Assembly: GCF_018350175.1 (NCBI RefSeq)
Contig: NC_058368.1
Location: forward strand, 78,184,001-78,248,000
Direction: 5' to 3'
Source: Felis catus
Lineage: Eukaryota
DNA: 64,000 nucleotides
Part shown: in pieces, positions 25,413 through 38,887 of the stretch
Layout of the letters: each line of letters starts with the position of its first letter
Position numbering within the stretch: position 1 is the stretch's first letter
Notes under the pieces: generated by a model
What the model saw: only the letters and a program-made list of their open reading frames with translations
What the model was told of the DNA's origin: nothing
The model's database searches: none
Position numbers and translations under genes: made by a program

Positions 25413-26681
25413 TATTTAACTGGGGTCAAAAACACATAACATAAATATACCCTTTTAACAATTCCAAGGTGGTATTTTGAACTCCTTTATTTTTACATTC
25501 ATTCTTTAGGTATCTAACGAAGATAAAATAAATTAAAGGATTAAAAAAAATCAAAGCATCAATAAGAGGCTTGGAATAGTTTGGTCCCATAATGTTTAAT
25601 TGGGAAGACTCACTTAAATCTCTTAAATGACTATCATGGGTTTTTCATTCTTGTTGTAGAAATTCAATGAAGCCCAGAGGCACTCACTCTAGGGACTGTC
25701 TGACCCATGAGTGAGGGGCTATGCAACCAGAACACTCAGAAGTTCTGAGTTAATACTGAGCATCTCTTATAATGGGAGTCAAGAGAACTTGTAAGCCCAG
25801 ATTTATAGAAAAACTCTCACGATATTGAAATGTTGGTCCAGGGTTTTCTTTAAACAATGGGTGAGATATATGTGCAAAGCACAATAACCATCTGCTTTTG
25901 AGTGTGTGTCTGTCCTCTCAGCTAACCCACAGACATCTCATGAACACGGGCTGTCTTCTGTCACATTTCTATGACGTAGCTAATGCCATGCTGGTACAAG
26001 GTGACCACTCGTGTTCATAGACCTGAGTTTGCCAAAGACAAAAAGAGACATCCCCAAAGTATCATCATGCAACTTTTTGTTTGCTCTAAAATCTCTAGTT
26101 ATGGCGGTCTTAATGAAGACCTTAAGGTGTCACACAGATTCATCATATATATTTCCCCAAATTAATAAGCTATAAAATCTACCCAGTGATGGTCCTGGGG
26201 AAGGGGCTCAGGATAATTACAGCAAAGGGCACTGTGATTGACAGATGATTTGTTGCCAGTCTATGGTAGAGTAAGCTAGAGGAGATTGTTGCCGTGTAGC
26301 TCATCAGCCAGGTTGCGTCAATTGGCTTGGGTTAATTCAGTTTCCTGACATCCACTTCTTTCAAGAGGTTATTTTTCACTTGGGGTGGCTTTGTTCTGCA
26401 CGATATCATATCTCTAACAAGGTTGTGTCATCATCTATATACTGCTTCTAAAATGAGAAAACACTTAAATACTCCTAAAGTGAAAAATAAGCTTGTATTG
26501 TAATTGTTTTACATTTGTTCATTTGTTTTCATTGTCTAACATTTTGGTTATTGAAATCATCTGCTTGAAGATATCCCTGCCTTTTCTGCTACCTTTTAAA
26601 TGTGTTGAAAACACAAAAGTCCACTGTTCCTATGTCCTTATACTTACTATGTTCCTTTACTTTAAAAACATGTTTCCATTA

Positions 26682-26900
26682 GAAGCACCTGGGTGGCTCA
26701 GTCAGTTAAGCACCAACTCTTGGTTTCAGCTCAGGTCATGATCTCACGGTTGGTGAGTTCAAATCCCCCAATGGGGTCCGTGGTGGCAGCACCGAGCCTG
26801 CTTGGGATTCTCTCTCTCCCTCTCTCTCTGCCCCTCCTGCTCTCTCTCTTTCTCTCTTTCTCTGTCTCTCTCTCAAAAATATATAAATAAACTTAAAAAA
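26682..26900 (+). mobile_element. CAN-SINE
   Basis: Head, (CT)n, A-tail; flanks share TTTCCATTA. Confidence 0.93.
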
Positions 26901-29159
26901 TTAAAACACATTTCCATTAATTTGAAGCTGAGGAAAGGTGTCACCTTATGTTTATGCAGCATTCCTACAGTTCACTGTGCTTTTAAAAAATGATATTAGG
27001 CAACTACCTAGATTTTCCTTCTTAGCAATGTTATTAATGATACACTTATACATTCGTGTATACAGGGAGCTAGTAAGCATAAATGCCATGTGTATGCTAT
27101 GTAGTCATGCTATGTGTGGACAGCCACTTCTAAGAGCAGAAGTGACTGTCTGGGTTTCCCCATTAAGGATGTTAACTAATATATTAACATTTAGCATGTT
27201 ACTTAATCAGCATCATAAAGAATTAGTCCATTTCTTTTCATTAAGAAAACGCAAGAATGTGATGTACAGATTTAGATAGAAAATATAGGACAGGCTCAAT
27301 GTTCACATCATAGACAGACAGTAGGACCAAAGTGGAAATCCATCATCAAAACCCATAACAAACTAGTATAAGAAGAGAAAGTTGCACAAAATTTTCCCAG
27401 CTTAAGTGAATAGCAAGGTTATGGAACCATTGCGCTTAACTGTTCTTATTTTCTATGTTAAAACTCTGGTAGTTTCCGGTGACACAGACCCAAAACACAT
27501 TAGTTTCCACAAAGTAAAAGGAATTGATTGGCATGCTGTGGGTCGGTCCTAGAGCTCCACTGTGCCAAAGGTTAAAATAATCTCATTCTCTGACTGCCTT
27601 CGTGTGCTGGCCAAGATGGAGACAGGAAGGGCCTGCTTCTGTCATCCTCCTGGCTAACAAGCCCAGGGAGATCAAAGTCACATCACTGTGATGTCATCCA
27701 GCAGATGACCTGGGGGGATTCTCTTCAGCCTTGCTTGGGTTAAATGTTGATCCCTCTGATAATTACTGTCTACCAGGCGGATACAGGGCTTTTGTGAACA
27801 GTTCCCAGTGATGCCCAACTCCAAAGACTGGGAGAAGAGTCAGGGCTACGTGAGCCACGTCAAGTGAGTTCTACACAAGAAAGATGGGTCTGTTACCCCA
27901 AGCAGAATGGGGTTGGTGGAAGATAGAACCTGTGATCTGCCTCATCTGTAGCCCCCACTGGCTGCTACAGCCTTAGCTCCGAGGAGCCTGCTGGAGCACA
28001 CAGCCTTCCACAGAGGCCCCAGAAAACAGTGGCCGTCAAATGGGCATATACGTTGAGTGTTCAGGCCTTTACTTTAGCGACTTGATCCTAATCTCTGTTC
28101 CTAGCCTCAGTTTCTATCAGCTTTGTTTCTTTTCGCCAGTCTCTGTGATTCTGATGCCAGCATCACAATCTGATCTTAAACATCCTTGTTACAGAGTCTT
28201 AGCAAGAATGGCCGGAGATCTTTGTATGCACATGGTTTGACAACTTCTTCCATTGTTTATTGTTTTTAATACTCTCATCTGTTAATATTGCCGTTGAAGG
28301 GTCTTAGAGACAGAGGTACTAACTTACATCAGCTTGAATCCCCTGGACCGTCTCTGCAGGATCCTGAACCATTGCACGGTTCAGTGTTCTCATCTGTAAA
28401 ACAGACATGACATCTTTTAACTGAAGTAAAAAGTGCTTCCTGGTCAGTGTCCCTGACGGACAGAATCTACTCAGTACTCAAGGTCTGGATTCCTCCTCTG
28501 ATTTCCAACACCCTAATGGATTATTCTGCTTAGGACTCCCACTCTTCAGTGTCTGTATACAGAAGGCTCTCTGCTGAATGGTTTGAATCTGCCCTACAGC
28601 ATTTAACATCCTCCTGGGTTTTAAAAATAATATCTTTATCTTCCTGGATGTTAACTCTGGGCACTGGCTGGCACTCTGGCAGAGGGGTTTCCGTCATGGG
28701 ATCCCATAAGCTGGCTACGGATATCAGGTGACCTCAGAGGACAGTAAGAAATCTCTCAATGGTATTTCTGCTTTTCTTGGAAGGATGAGATAACCTCACC
28801 TACAGTGGCTGGCTTTAAGTTTTATAGCTTTTCTGACTCCTAATGATATCCCAAAGCACTGCTCTTGTTGCCCAGAGTAACCCTCCAATGAGATCTTCTC
28901 GGTGAAATGGCATCTCAGAATTGTGCCTTTACTTCAGGCAGCGTCCAGTCAGAGCCAGAGGAGTGCAACATGCAGTGTTTAAACCCGTTAGCATGTCCGA
29001 ATGAGTACTCAGGGTGCTGGGCTGGAGCCAGATCCTCTTTAGAGTTTAGCCGTAATGCCCTTGAATCAACTCTCTGACCCTGACAAGTTTGGTCCATAAT
29101 ACAGACCATATTTTTCTACGGATGTGTCACATGAGTGAATTAAGAGCCTTTTGAGTTCT

Positions 29160-29370
29160 GGGACATCTGGGTGGCTCAGTCGGTTAAGTGTCCGACTCTT
29201 GATTTCAGCTCAGGTCGTGATCTCACAGTTCATGAGTTTGAGCCCCTGGTTGGACTCTGCACTGGCAGAATAGAGCCTACTTGAGCTTCTCTGTCTCCCT
29301 CTCTCTGTGTCTCTCCCCCCTGCTTGCTCTCTATCTGTCTCTCAAAATAAAGAAACAGTTTTTTAAAAAA
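29160..29370 (+). mobile_element. CAN-SINE
   Basis: Flanks share TTTTGAGTT. Confidence 0.93.
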
Positions 29371-29539
29371 GAACATTTTGAGTTTTGTATAAAAAGAATT
29401 ATATAAATTATTTTTTTGGCACAAATATGGAATAATTTTCTTGAAGCGAAAGGAATTGGTCCCTTTATGGGTAAAGTGAATTGTCAGAACAGAGACTCTC
29501 ATGCTCTCTATACTGATCTGCAAATAAAAACATAGTTTT

Positions 29540-29680
29540 GGGGCACCTGGCTGGCTCAGTCAGTCAAGTGTCTGGCTCTTATCATGATCTCATGGTTTGT
29601 GAGTTCAAGCCCTGCATCAGAGCCTGCTTTGAATTCTGTCTCTTTCTCTCAAAATAACTAAATAAACTTTAAAAAAAAAA
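29540..29680 (+). mobile_element. CAN-SINE, internally deleted
   Basis: Head and A-tail; flanks share AACATAGT. Confidence 0.88.
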
Positions 29681-31388
29681 ACAACATAGTCCTTACTACA
29701 TGAGTAACTTTCACAAGCATTAAATTCACTCATACTGGTATTAAACTGGAAATGTACAATGTCACACTGGCTACAACAATACCTTTGAATTTATATATTC
29801 TTCCCTAATTGCTACAACTTTAGAAAAGATGCATTATAGTTTAAGGCTGACTTTACTGTGCTGGGAAGTGGTAGGGGGGAGCGGGGGTCATTATGATGAC
29901 CCACACATACCCCTAGGGCTGCATTCACTGAAATTCCTGGCACCGGAAGGGTATCACAACAGCTAGAAAGGATTTGACTTCAGCATCTTTCTAAACTCCA
30001 TATTCTCCCACACTGTTCTCTGCAGGAACCTGAATCTTTGAGGTCATATTTAACATAATGTGTCCCGCAAATGCAACAAAGCCTTAACCCTTTTAAGAAA
30101 GCCCTGTGAGGTTAATTTATTCAACAGAATGAAAGGTAAAACTCATTGACTAAGGCAAGAGTCAAAATTGCAAGCTTTCAAAATATGTTGACCGGAAGTG
30201 AGGGTTTAGCAGCCAGAACCATTCTACATTCTGGAATATCTATTATCCGGAAGTGTGTACTTTATAGGAGAGGATTTTACTTATGTATCTAACTTTTATT
30301 TCATTCTTGTGACACACAAATAAAAATGAATCCACAATTTTCCAGTATTAACTGAAGTTGAGTCACACTGTGTATCAGGGATCAGCAGTCAAACTATTCT
30401 TTGGATGATTGTTATCAAAAGGCTGGGCCCATTCAGTGTTCTTACCCATCAAATTTAACGCAAGTCCAATAATTTCTCTCAGACATTAAGTTATTTTACA
30501 AGTTTGAATTTTTCATCAGCTTAAATATATCAGATTTTCACCAGTTCTAATTTTCTCTTCCTAAGTTAATATCTGATAATCCGATGCATCCCTATCATTG
30601 GTGCTTATCACAGTTCAGGTGGCAGTACATTGCCTTTCCTCCTGGTATATGACAACCTAGTGTAATTTTTAATGCATGGCATCTTAGTTTCCCTGAAACA
30701 AGGAAAGCCCTCCATTAATTCACACAATTTAGAAGGAAACAGAAAACTGTGGTGAATAGGATATTACAGACAATCTGGGTCCAATTCCCGTCATCAGCGC
30801 TTGAGCGCGCTATAATTTTTGTAGATGAAACTTGCCGAAACCTTAGTTTCTCAGAAGGTAGATGGATTAGGATAGGAATAAAATAAGACAGATGGAAGTA
30901 CGTTGACCTTAGTAGGTATTCCGAACACGGTAGCTCCTTTTTCCCATGGTTTCCGTAAAAATACACTTCTTAGACAATCAAGAATAATGATAATTCCTGT
31001 GATGGCAGTTGATCATTTCTCTCTGCCTGGGTTTCCAAGTGGAAGAGTTTCCTCCAAGACTTCCAGGCCTCTCATCCAACCTCCTTATCTTCTCCATGGA
31101 GGTTAAGAGAGTTATTTGATGGTGGGAGACAGCCATGGTTCCTTATTCAAGTGGTGGTAACTCTCTGGCAGAGTAACTCGGCCCCACTTCACTCGTGGCC
31201 CTCCAGTAGGTCACTGGGGAAGGGACACCGGTGGGGGAATAGGAGTCATGGCACTAGAACAGCTCTGTTAAAATGGCTGCTTCCAGCACATGTGCCTCAT
31301 CTGTCCTCGTCCTCATGCGGTCCAGCTCTTCCACATCCCCCAACTCAGCTCAGCTTAGGAGAAACCTGACTCATCGTTCTCCTTTCAG

Positions 31389-31436
31389 ATTCGATTCTCA
31401 GTATCATAAAGAAGAAGTATAGTATTTCTACCTCAG
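31389..31436 (+). other. Candidate 48-nt internal exon
   Basis: CTGAC branch, cgttctcctttcag acceptor, CAG|gtgagt donor; one open frame (xSILSIIKKKYSISTS). Confidence 0.45.
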
Positions 31437-31738
31437 GTGAGTCCTTCCTCTTCAGGAAATGTGTGTTTGCTCAAGCTTGCCGAGATCAGACATCAGACAC
31501 TACTCTACCCTTGTCTCTGTTCCTACTCTTTTATTCCCCTTACTGGTGCCTTCTACCCGATCTTAGCTGCTTTTACTAAAACAGCTCCACAACATGTTTT
31601 GGAATCTGCGATCTTGACAGAAATAGAAGTCTGTTTGGGTGTTTTTGTTTTTGTTTTCTTTCCATTTTCTTGTTTGTTTTTGCATTGCTTTCAAGAGAAC
31701 AGGCAAAATCTGACCTGACGTGGCCATATTTCTTCCAG

Positions 31739-31835
31739 ATGTCACTTTTTTCCTCTGTCCATTTAAAGTTCCATGTTCGTAGCGAAGCCTCTCATCTTCT
31801 ATGGACACTCTCCGAGAGATTTTATGATTATTAAA
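31739..31835 (+). other. Candidate terminal exon
   Basis: CTGAC branch, atttcttccag acceptor, in-frame TAG at 31780, ATTAAA at 31830. Confidence 0.35.
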
Positions 31836-31845
31836 AAAACAAACC

Positions 31846-32328
31846 TGTTCTCAGTTTCTATTAGAGTTCAAAAGAAACAGAACCAGTAGGATATATATAG
31901 GAGATTTATTATGAGAAATTGGCTCAGTGATTATGGAGGCTGAGAAGTCCCACGATCTGCCATCTGCAAGCTGGAGGCCCAGGAAAGCTGGTGTGTAATT
32001 CAATCTGAGCCTGAAGCCCTGGAAACCAGGGAGCTGATGGTGAAAATTCCAGTCTGAGGGCCAGAGTAGAGAAAGAGACGTATCAACTCAGGCACGTGGG
32101 CAGGAGGCAGAAGGGGGAATTCACCCCCTTTTGCCTTTTGCTGTATTCAGGCCCTCAGTGGATTGGATGATGCTCACACACCTGGGAGAGGGCAATCTAC
32201 TTAACTGAGTCCACCAATCCAAAAGCTCCTCTCATCTGGAAACACCCGCACCGACACATCCAGAAATAATGCTTCGTCTGGGCACCCTGTGGCCAGTAAA
32301 GTTGACACAGAAAATGAACCATCATACA
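31846..32328 (-). mobile_element. ERVL MLT2B-like solo LTR
   Basis: GAAACAGAACCAGTAGGA...GGCTGAGAAGTCCCACGATCTGCCATCTGCAAGCTGGAG...GTTGACACA...AACCATCA. Confidence 0.88.
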
Positions 32329-33124
32329 GTCCTGAATATCTTCTAGTCTAAATGAGGATCTACAGGAAACAATGCCACGGCAATTGTGTCCTGAGCTTTG
32401 TAATACTGGCCACAGTGAAAAGTAATTCATAAAGAAGAAGCTAGTTTGGGCTAGAGAAGTCAGGGCGTGCTTTATGGAGGATGCTGACATTGAAGTTTTC
32501 TTGAACAAAGAAAAACAAGATACAAAACAATGGGGTTTAGGAAGTTGACACTACTTTAAAAGTGCACACTGAGTGAAGCGTGAAAAGCAAGTGACTTCTC
32601 TCTACTGTAATTATGGAAATACTAACTGACATGATACAGTGCCTTAGAGATCTCAAATAACTTTCCCATACAGTATGTGAGCTGCTCTGTTAGAGTCCCA
32701 CTGGGACTACAGACACAAAATTTGGAGGTTTATTTTTATGATCAGCATGTTGGTAAATATCCCCCCAAAGTCTTTTGTATTTAAAAGCAAAATCAGTGTG
32801 TCTAACAAAATGTTTGGATTACGTGGTGAGGAAATGGACTGAAGACAGTACATTTCCATGGAGTGGGAAAGGTTGGTTATTTAAGGTTTTTGCTGAGATT
32901 TCTTCTCACAGCTGATACCTACTTCAGTGACTAAGACATAAAAGCCTATAGGAGCTGTCAGTCTACTGGGCAATCAATTGCGCACATTAAGATGCTACAG
33001 ATAAGCCCATCTAATGAAGGGAAGTTGGGCTGTGCACAAAAAGCAAGATCTTGTCACTACTCAGTCTGCCCTTGTAACCCCAGTATCTTCCTCTCCCGGC
33101 TCTTTGTTCCTAGCTGAGCCTTAC

Positions 33125-33322
33125 CCCGAGGGTGGCTTGCTTGCTGTAAATCTTGTTGAATCCCATTCCTGGCCACACTTGGACATCTGGTCAACTCTGC
33201 CAATAGGCGACTTTCCAACTTTTCAATCCCTCTCCTGTTTCTCGATGGCTGGCTTCGCTCCTTCCTTCCACCTGGCCTCCCTCCCGTAGATGGGTCACTT
33301 AGCGGCAATGCCCTGAGCACCC
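33125..33322 (-). other. Candidate 198-nt symmetric exon
   Basis: ttcttgtgtgcttctag acceptor, GGG|gtaagg donor, 66 codons open. Confidence 0.4.
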
Positions 33323-33704
33323 CTAGAAGCACACAAGAATCTTCCTTGTTGGGAGAGTCTATGTACAATGAAGCCGTCAGTGTTGTAAACAGGGATGATT
33401 TGATAGCCTCCAATCCAGAGTTTTCAAGGGTCATAAGGGTTCAGATGTGTAGAAAGTAAGATAGAAAATGTTTTGGGTTTTTTTTTTTTTTTTGGTATCC
33501 TTATTTTCTATTTTCTACTTTTCATGCCCATTTTGTATTTTCAGTAAGTCCTTCTGAGATGTTTCACAATGGTAACTCCTATTTGACACCCATGATCCTC
33601 GAGAGTGGTTCTGAACAGCTTCCGCACAGACCAGCCATATCTCCCTGTCCCCATTGCCTTCCCACACAAGTCACTTACAAAAGAGTATTTAAAGAAGTAA
33701 ACAT

Positions 33705-33928
33705 GGGAGCACCTGGGTGGCACAGTCGGTTAAGCGTCCGACTTCAGCCAGGTCACAATCTCGCGGTCCGTGAGTTCGAGCCCCGCGTCAGGCTCTGGGC
33801 TGATGGCTCAGAGCCTGGAGCCTGTTTCCGATTCTGTGTCTCCCTCTCTCTCTGCCCCTCCCCCGTTCATGCTCTGTCTCTCTCTGTCCCAAAAATAAAT
33901 AAACGTTGAAAAAAAAATTAAAAAAAAA
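33705..33928 (+). mobile_element. Very young CAN-SINE
   Basis: Near-identical to the 17038 copy; TSD AAAGAAGTAAACAT. Confidence 0.98.
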
Positions 33929-34663
33929 AAAGAAGTAAACATGATTGCATTCTTAATGTCCAGTTGTACTTTTTAAATTACAATATTCCGATTTATGACA
34001 TGATTGAATTTCCAAGTACCTTTGACTAATCTGGGAAGTTTAATAGATCACTATTTTTCTGCAGAAAAACTGAGGGGGTCACTGATGATAACAAATCAAT
34101 CTGTTCTTTGTCCGCCGAAATTCATAGAAATTCATTATGACACAGAGAAAAATGACCCCAAGTCAATTATTTTTACTAAATTACAATTATTCAAAATGAA
34201 TGTGTCATATAATCAAAGTTCAAACATACTGTCTTATTTTAATTTGGGGGAAACCCCAAGAATAGGTCTTGTTTATACTGGTGTATATCAGACTGTTTTA
34301 ATCTCACAGGCCCCTGCAAGGGGCAGGCTCATTCTGATTTACTGCCTCATAATGAAGAGGCACACGTTGAACAATTAAGTCTGTAATCATTTCCTCATTA
34401 ACTATCATAGTGACATTTATTCTCAGAGTTCTGTTGTACTTGGTGTCATTCAATAATTCAGCCATCAGAAGAAAATGTAAAAAAATGTTAAAGCATTATG
34501 GTAAAGGTTAAATGTAAACTGAGTTCTATTGTGTCCTTCTTTGTCATATCAGTTTCTAATCATTATTACATTTTCCAAATATCTTCCTGATTCTCATGCT
34601 GCCCATGTCAGACTTGTTTCATCAGGGAAAAAGTTTTTTTTTTTTTTTTAATTTAAAGGATGC

Positions 34664-34880
34664 GGGATGCTTGGGTGGCTCGGTCTGTTGAGCGTCCAAC
34701 TTCGGCTCAGGTCACGATCTCATGGTTCGTGAGTTCGAGCCCCGCGTCAGGCTCTGTGCTGACAGCTCAGAGCCTGGAGCCTGCTTCGGATTCTGTGTCT
34801 CCCTCTCTCTCTGCCCCTTCCCTGCTCGTGCTCTGTCTCTCTCTCTCTCCTTCAAAAATAAATAAACATTCAAAAAATTT
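34664..34880 (+). mobile_element. CAN-SINE
   Basis: Flanks share TTTTTTAATTTAAAGGAT. Confidence 0.95.
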
Positions 34881-36356
34881 TTTTAATTTAAAGGATACTT
34901 TTTATGTTTGTACAGACTGAACAAATAGACGACTCCCTCATAGCACCTATCAATTGATTTAATGGATGTTGACTGAGGGCACGTAGGGCATGAATAAGAA
35001 TTGTGACTCAGGATAGAAACTTTAGAGTTGATTAGAATAAATGAGTCAGTCGTTATGAGTTAGACTGTCCTCAAAAGACTGGTTTTCTGGTTTCTTTATG
35101 CCACACAGAGGGCATCTGTTAGGTTGACTTTAAGCAGGAATAATATTTAAATGAAAGCAACACATTGAGTGTTATTAGTATGAATGTCCAGAAGGGAGCA
35201 GAGAGGTTTTCAGGATGGACAAAAAGTGAGAGCTGCATCACGTTTTGATACTAATATACAAATCACTAAAGAAAAGTAAAATATCTTTCCTCAGACTTGA
35301 CATAGAATTTCCCTAGAATAAAGGGTAGATTCTGATGGAAAATTCCAATTGGGAGGACAATTATTGGCTTAAAATAGACATCATCAGGTTAAGTTTATAT
35401 GTGGGAAATCTTATCAGTTTTAATTTAAAAGCTTCTGTATGTGTTAATGCATATCGGGAAATATTTTATGTATCAGGATTTGTTGGGAGAAATTGTATGA
35501 ATCAATAGAATGATACAAAATGACTGAATCTTTTAAGGAAATATGTCTGGATTAAAACAACTTTGGGACATGTGGAAATAAGACAAAAATGATAAAGAGG
35601 CCGTGATTGTATAATTTTGACTCCCCTTCCCCCAAAGGAGAGGGAGAGCCGACTGTAAAGATGGGGAGCCCAATGTGTCGGGGTCAGGGACTGAGGTCTG
35701 TGGGACAGTAAAAGGGGTACATTGGGTTGGTCCCTCTCTGGCCGGGTGCCTGTCTGTTGTGAGGCTTCTAGAAAGCTTCCATGAGGAACCAAATCCAGGC
35801 TGTATCTTTCCATGGAGATTTCATGTCTTTCAGTTCATTGTCCCTGCTGGGGAGAAAAATCTAGAAGTGGCAGTGTGACAGATTCCAAGGATTTCACCTA
35901 CTTCGCTTCTAACGGCCACTTCCCAGGTATTTTGTTATTCATTTCCTAATTTTCATAGACTTGAACTCAAACAGCAGCAAGTACCACAAAACACACGCAT
36001 ACACACATGCACAAACACATCACACTGCTGTTTCTTTCTCTGGAGGTTGTGAGTAACGTCTAGAGACTAAGGTTTGGTGTGGCTTGCTGAGCACGACACC
36101 CAACGCAAAACCAATGCTTCCTTCTTGTCTTTGTTGTTCTTGATCTCGTTGTGAATGTTGACATTAGCGATAATGTGGCCAATGAGAGAAATTCATGCCT
36201 GGAAATTAAACATAATGACCCACAACAATGCATATGCCATAATGCCTTATGTTGTCAGAGACCAGCCTGTTTTATGGAGGCTATCTGTAGAAATCCAATG
36301 CATTTAAAGAGAAGCTGTCTATAGAATGCCGGGTTTCAAATTGTCAACAAAATACG

Positions 36357-36581
36357 TTTTTTTTAATGTTTTTCCAATTCTTATCTATTTTTTGAGAGAC
36401 AGAGATAGACAGAGCGTGAGCAGGGGAGGGGCAGAGAGAGAGGGAGACACGGAATCTGAAGAAGGCTCCAGGCCCCGAGCTGTCAGCACAGAGCCTGATG
36501 CGGGGCTCGAACCCATGAACCGCGAGATCATGACCTGAGCCGAAGATGGACGCTTAACCGACTGAGCCACCCAGGCACCCC
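36357..36581 (-). mobile_element. CAN-SINE
   Basis: Antisense body ending CCCAGGCACCCC. Confidence 0.95.
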
Positions 36582-36749
36582 TGTGTCTTTTAATTACAGT
36601 TTTGTTTTGCGTCTAGTTATATGTGCGATCTAGTCTTTTTATAAGAGAAAAAACCTACTTCAAGTTCAATTTTCTCCCCGTCAAGGTGAAGTAAGAATCG
36701 TGGGAATAACTATGGCATTATCGTGTAAATCAACTGTAGCGTTATGTAT

Positions 36750-36985
36750 GGCAATGGAGTGGTTTAGACTACGAGATTTTGTTTCAGACAGAACCGAATT
36801 CAAGCCCGTTTCCAGCAGTTGGTAAATGAGGACTCCAAGCACGTTGCTTCATATCCTTAAGACTCAAATGGAGATGGTAACAACAATTGCACGTACCTTG
36901 TGAGGCACGTGTGATGATGTATTTAAACTGCTTGGCATGGTGCAGGGCACGTTAGAAAAGTTTTGATAAGTGATATTTATTATGC
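36750..36985 (+). mobile_element. MIR relic
   Basis: AGTGGTTTAGA...TCAGACAGA...AAATGGAGATGGTAA...CTTGGCATGGTG pattern. Confidence 0.55.
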
Positions 36986-37129
36986 TACTGTTGCTTCACT
37001 TTCTTTTCCCATTCTAGAAAGCCGGCACCTGATTATTTTCTCCGTCTCGGGAAAATGGCTCATAAAATGAAAGATCAAAGAACCTGAGGTCTGAAGCCTG
37101 AGAGTGGAGAAAGGGGCATTGGTCTTTTT

Positions 37130-37180
37130 TGAGAGCTTCCGGGTGATCCTAATATGAAGCCAGGGGTCAGAACCACTTTC
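37130..37180. mobile_element. MER5-like relic
   Basis: AGCTTCCGGGTGATCCTAATATGAAGCCAGGGGTCAGAACCACT. Confidence 0.5.
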
Positions 37181-38887
37181 TGGCATTGTCAGAGTGAAAA
37201 TCCTCCGCAGCCTTAACCCCTGGGTCTTCACACAAGACTCGGTTCCTGGGTGAGAGCATCTTTTCACAGTAGTGTGGGTGATGCCCCCCCACTGAGGTCA
37301 GAACCCACCTGACTGCATGGAGGGACTATTGTCCCAGGGGCTGGACAGACCACGACCCAGAAGGGCATTGGGGTACCCTGCACAGCTTTGGGGATCCTCT
37401 CAGGGACTTCATAGGATGGGAGAAATGTGCTACATCTTGATGTGGGTGATGATTACTCAGGTCAAAAATCATCAGTCTGAATGCTTAAGGTCTGTGCTTT
37501 TGATTATATATAAATTCTAAACAAATAAATACATCGATAAATTAACAAATAAATCACTTAATAGAAATACCTCGTGACGCAATTAAACTGTCTGCCATAG
37601 TAAGATGTAATGCATAATCAGTCTTCTGGTAGTGTTCTATATCACAGTCTACCATTCAATAAAACGAAAGAAGAAATTTGGAAGAAAGAGACACACACCG
37701 TAGTTTCTTTTGATATTTGTTATTTCTAAATTCAAGTTAATGGGTAAAAGATGAAGCATTCCATACACAGGTGCATTTATAAATCAAATAATGTGCCTAC
37801 AACGTGTAAGGAATCACTTCCATTTTCTTTATTCATTACAAGTGGGTACACGGCTGTCAGATGCTTTATAAAAGGGACTTTAATGTTAATATGATTAAAA
37901 CATCGCATAGATTCTCTTTTAAAATTCTAGTCTCTTGTACATCATTTCAAAAATTGTTCCTTAAAATAGTATTATTATACTCATTCCCAGTTGAGAAAAC
38001 CAAGTAACGTTTTTGAATGGCTTAATAGGAAAAAATACAACTCAGAAATTTTTGTTCTGTTATTACTTGAGGCATGAAACACATATATTTCTGTGAGTAC
38101 AATTTTAAATAAGTTTATGCATACCATTGCTTCCTGTTTTGAATTACAAAAGAAAGAAATTAATGGAAGAGTACTGAACAGTTTATATTTGTTCGTTATT
38201 CCTTGGTTTCTTTTATGTAAGAGTTCTATTTAGTTTGTGTATTCTGTGTGACTCTTAGAAATCCAAATGTTTGCAAGTGCAGCATTATTTTTATATTTTA
38301 ATTGTCACCCACATGTACGCCCACATCACTATACCTCTATACCCACATCCATATATTCTGTAAACTGAAAACAGTTATGTTACTAATTGATATATTCTTT
38401 TATCCATACATATCTACTAAGCACCTGCCATGAGCTGCACAGTTTGAATATATAAAGAAATGATAGCATCCCAGAAATCCTCATTTAGAAACCCTATTCC
38501 TTGTTTTGAGAAACAGGTGGTAAAGGTCTCTAAGGTAAAAAAAAAAAAAAAGTAATAATTGAGCTTGTGAAGAAAATGGTGAGAGAGATTTGGAAGAAAG
38601 ATACTGGGGAGAGAATGCATGAGTAAGGGGAATCCAGAAAGGAGGAAAAACACACCAAAAAATACAGAAAATTAGCCAAAGGTGGAAAAAAAACCACAGT
38701 TGAATCTGCAGTTTGAAAGGCATCCCCAAATCCTAAGACTGTTTGGTGACCTGTTTGGTATACTTCCTGAATTCCAAGAGAAAAGAAATTACAATGCGCA
38801 CTTTGTGATGGGAAGCATAAACTGAGAGAATGAAAATGAAATCGGATTTTTATGGAAGAGCTGGTAGCTGGGAGGCCGCAGAGCCAT

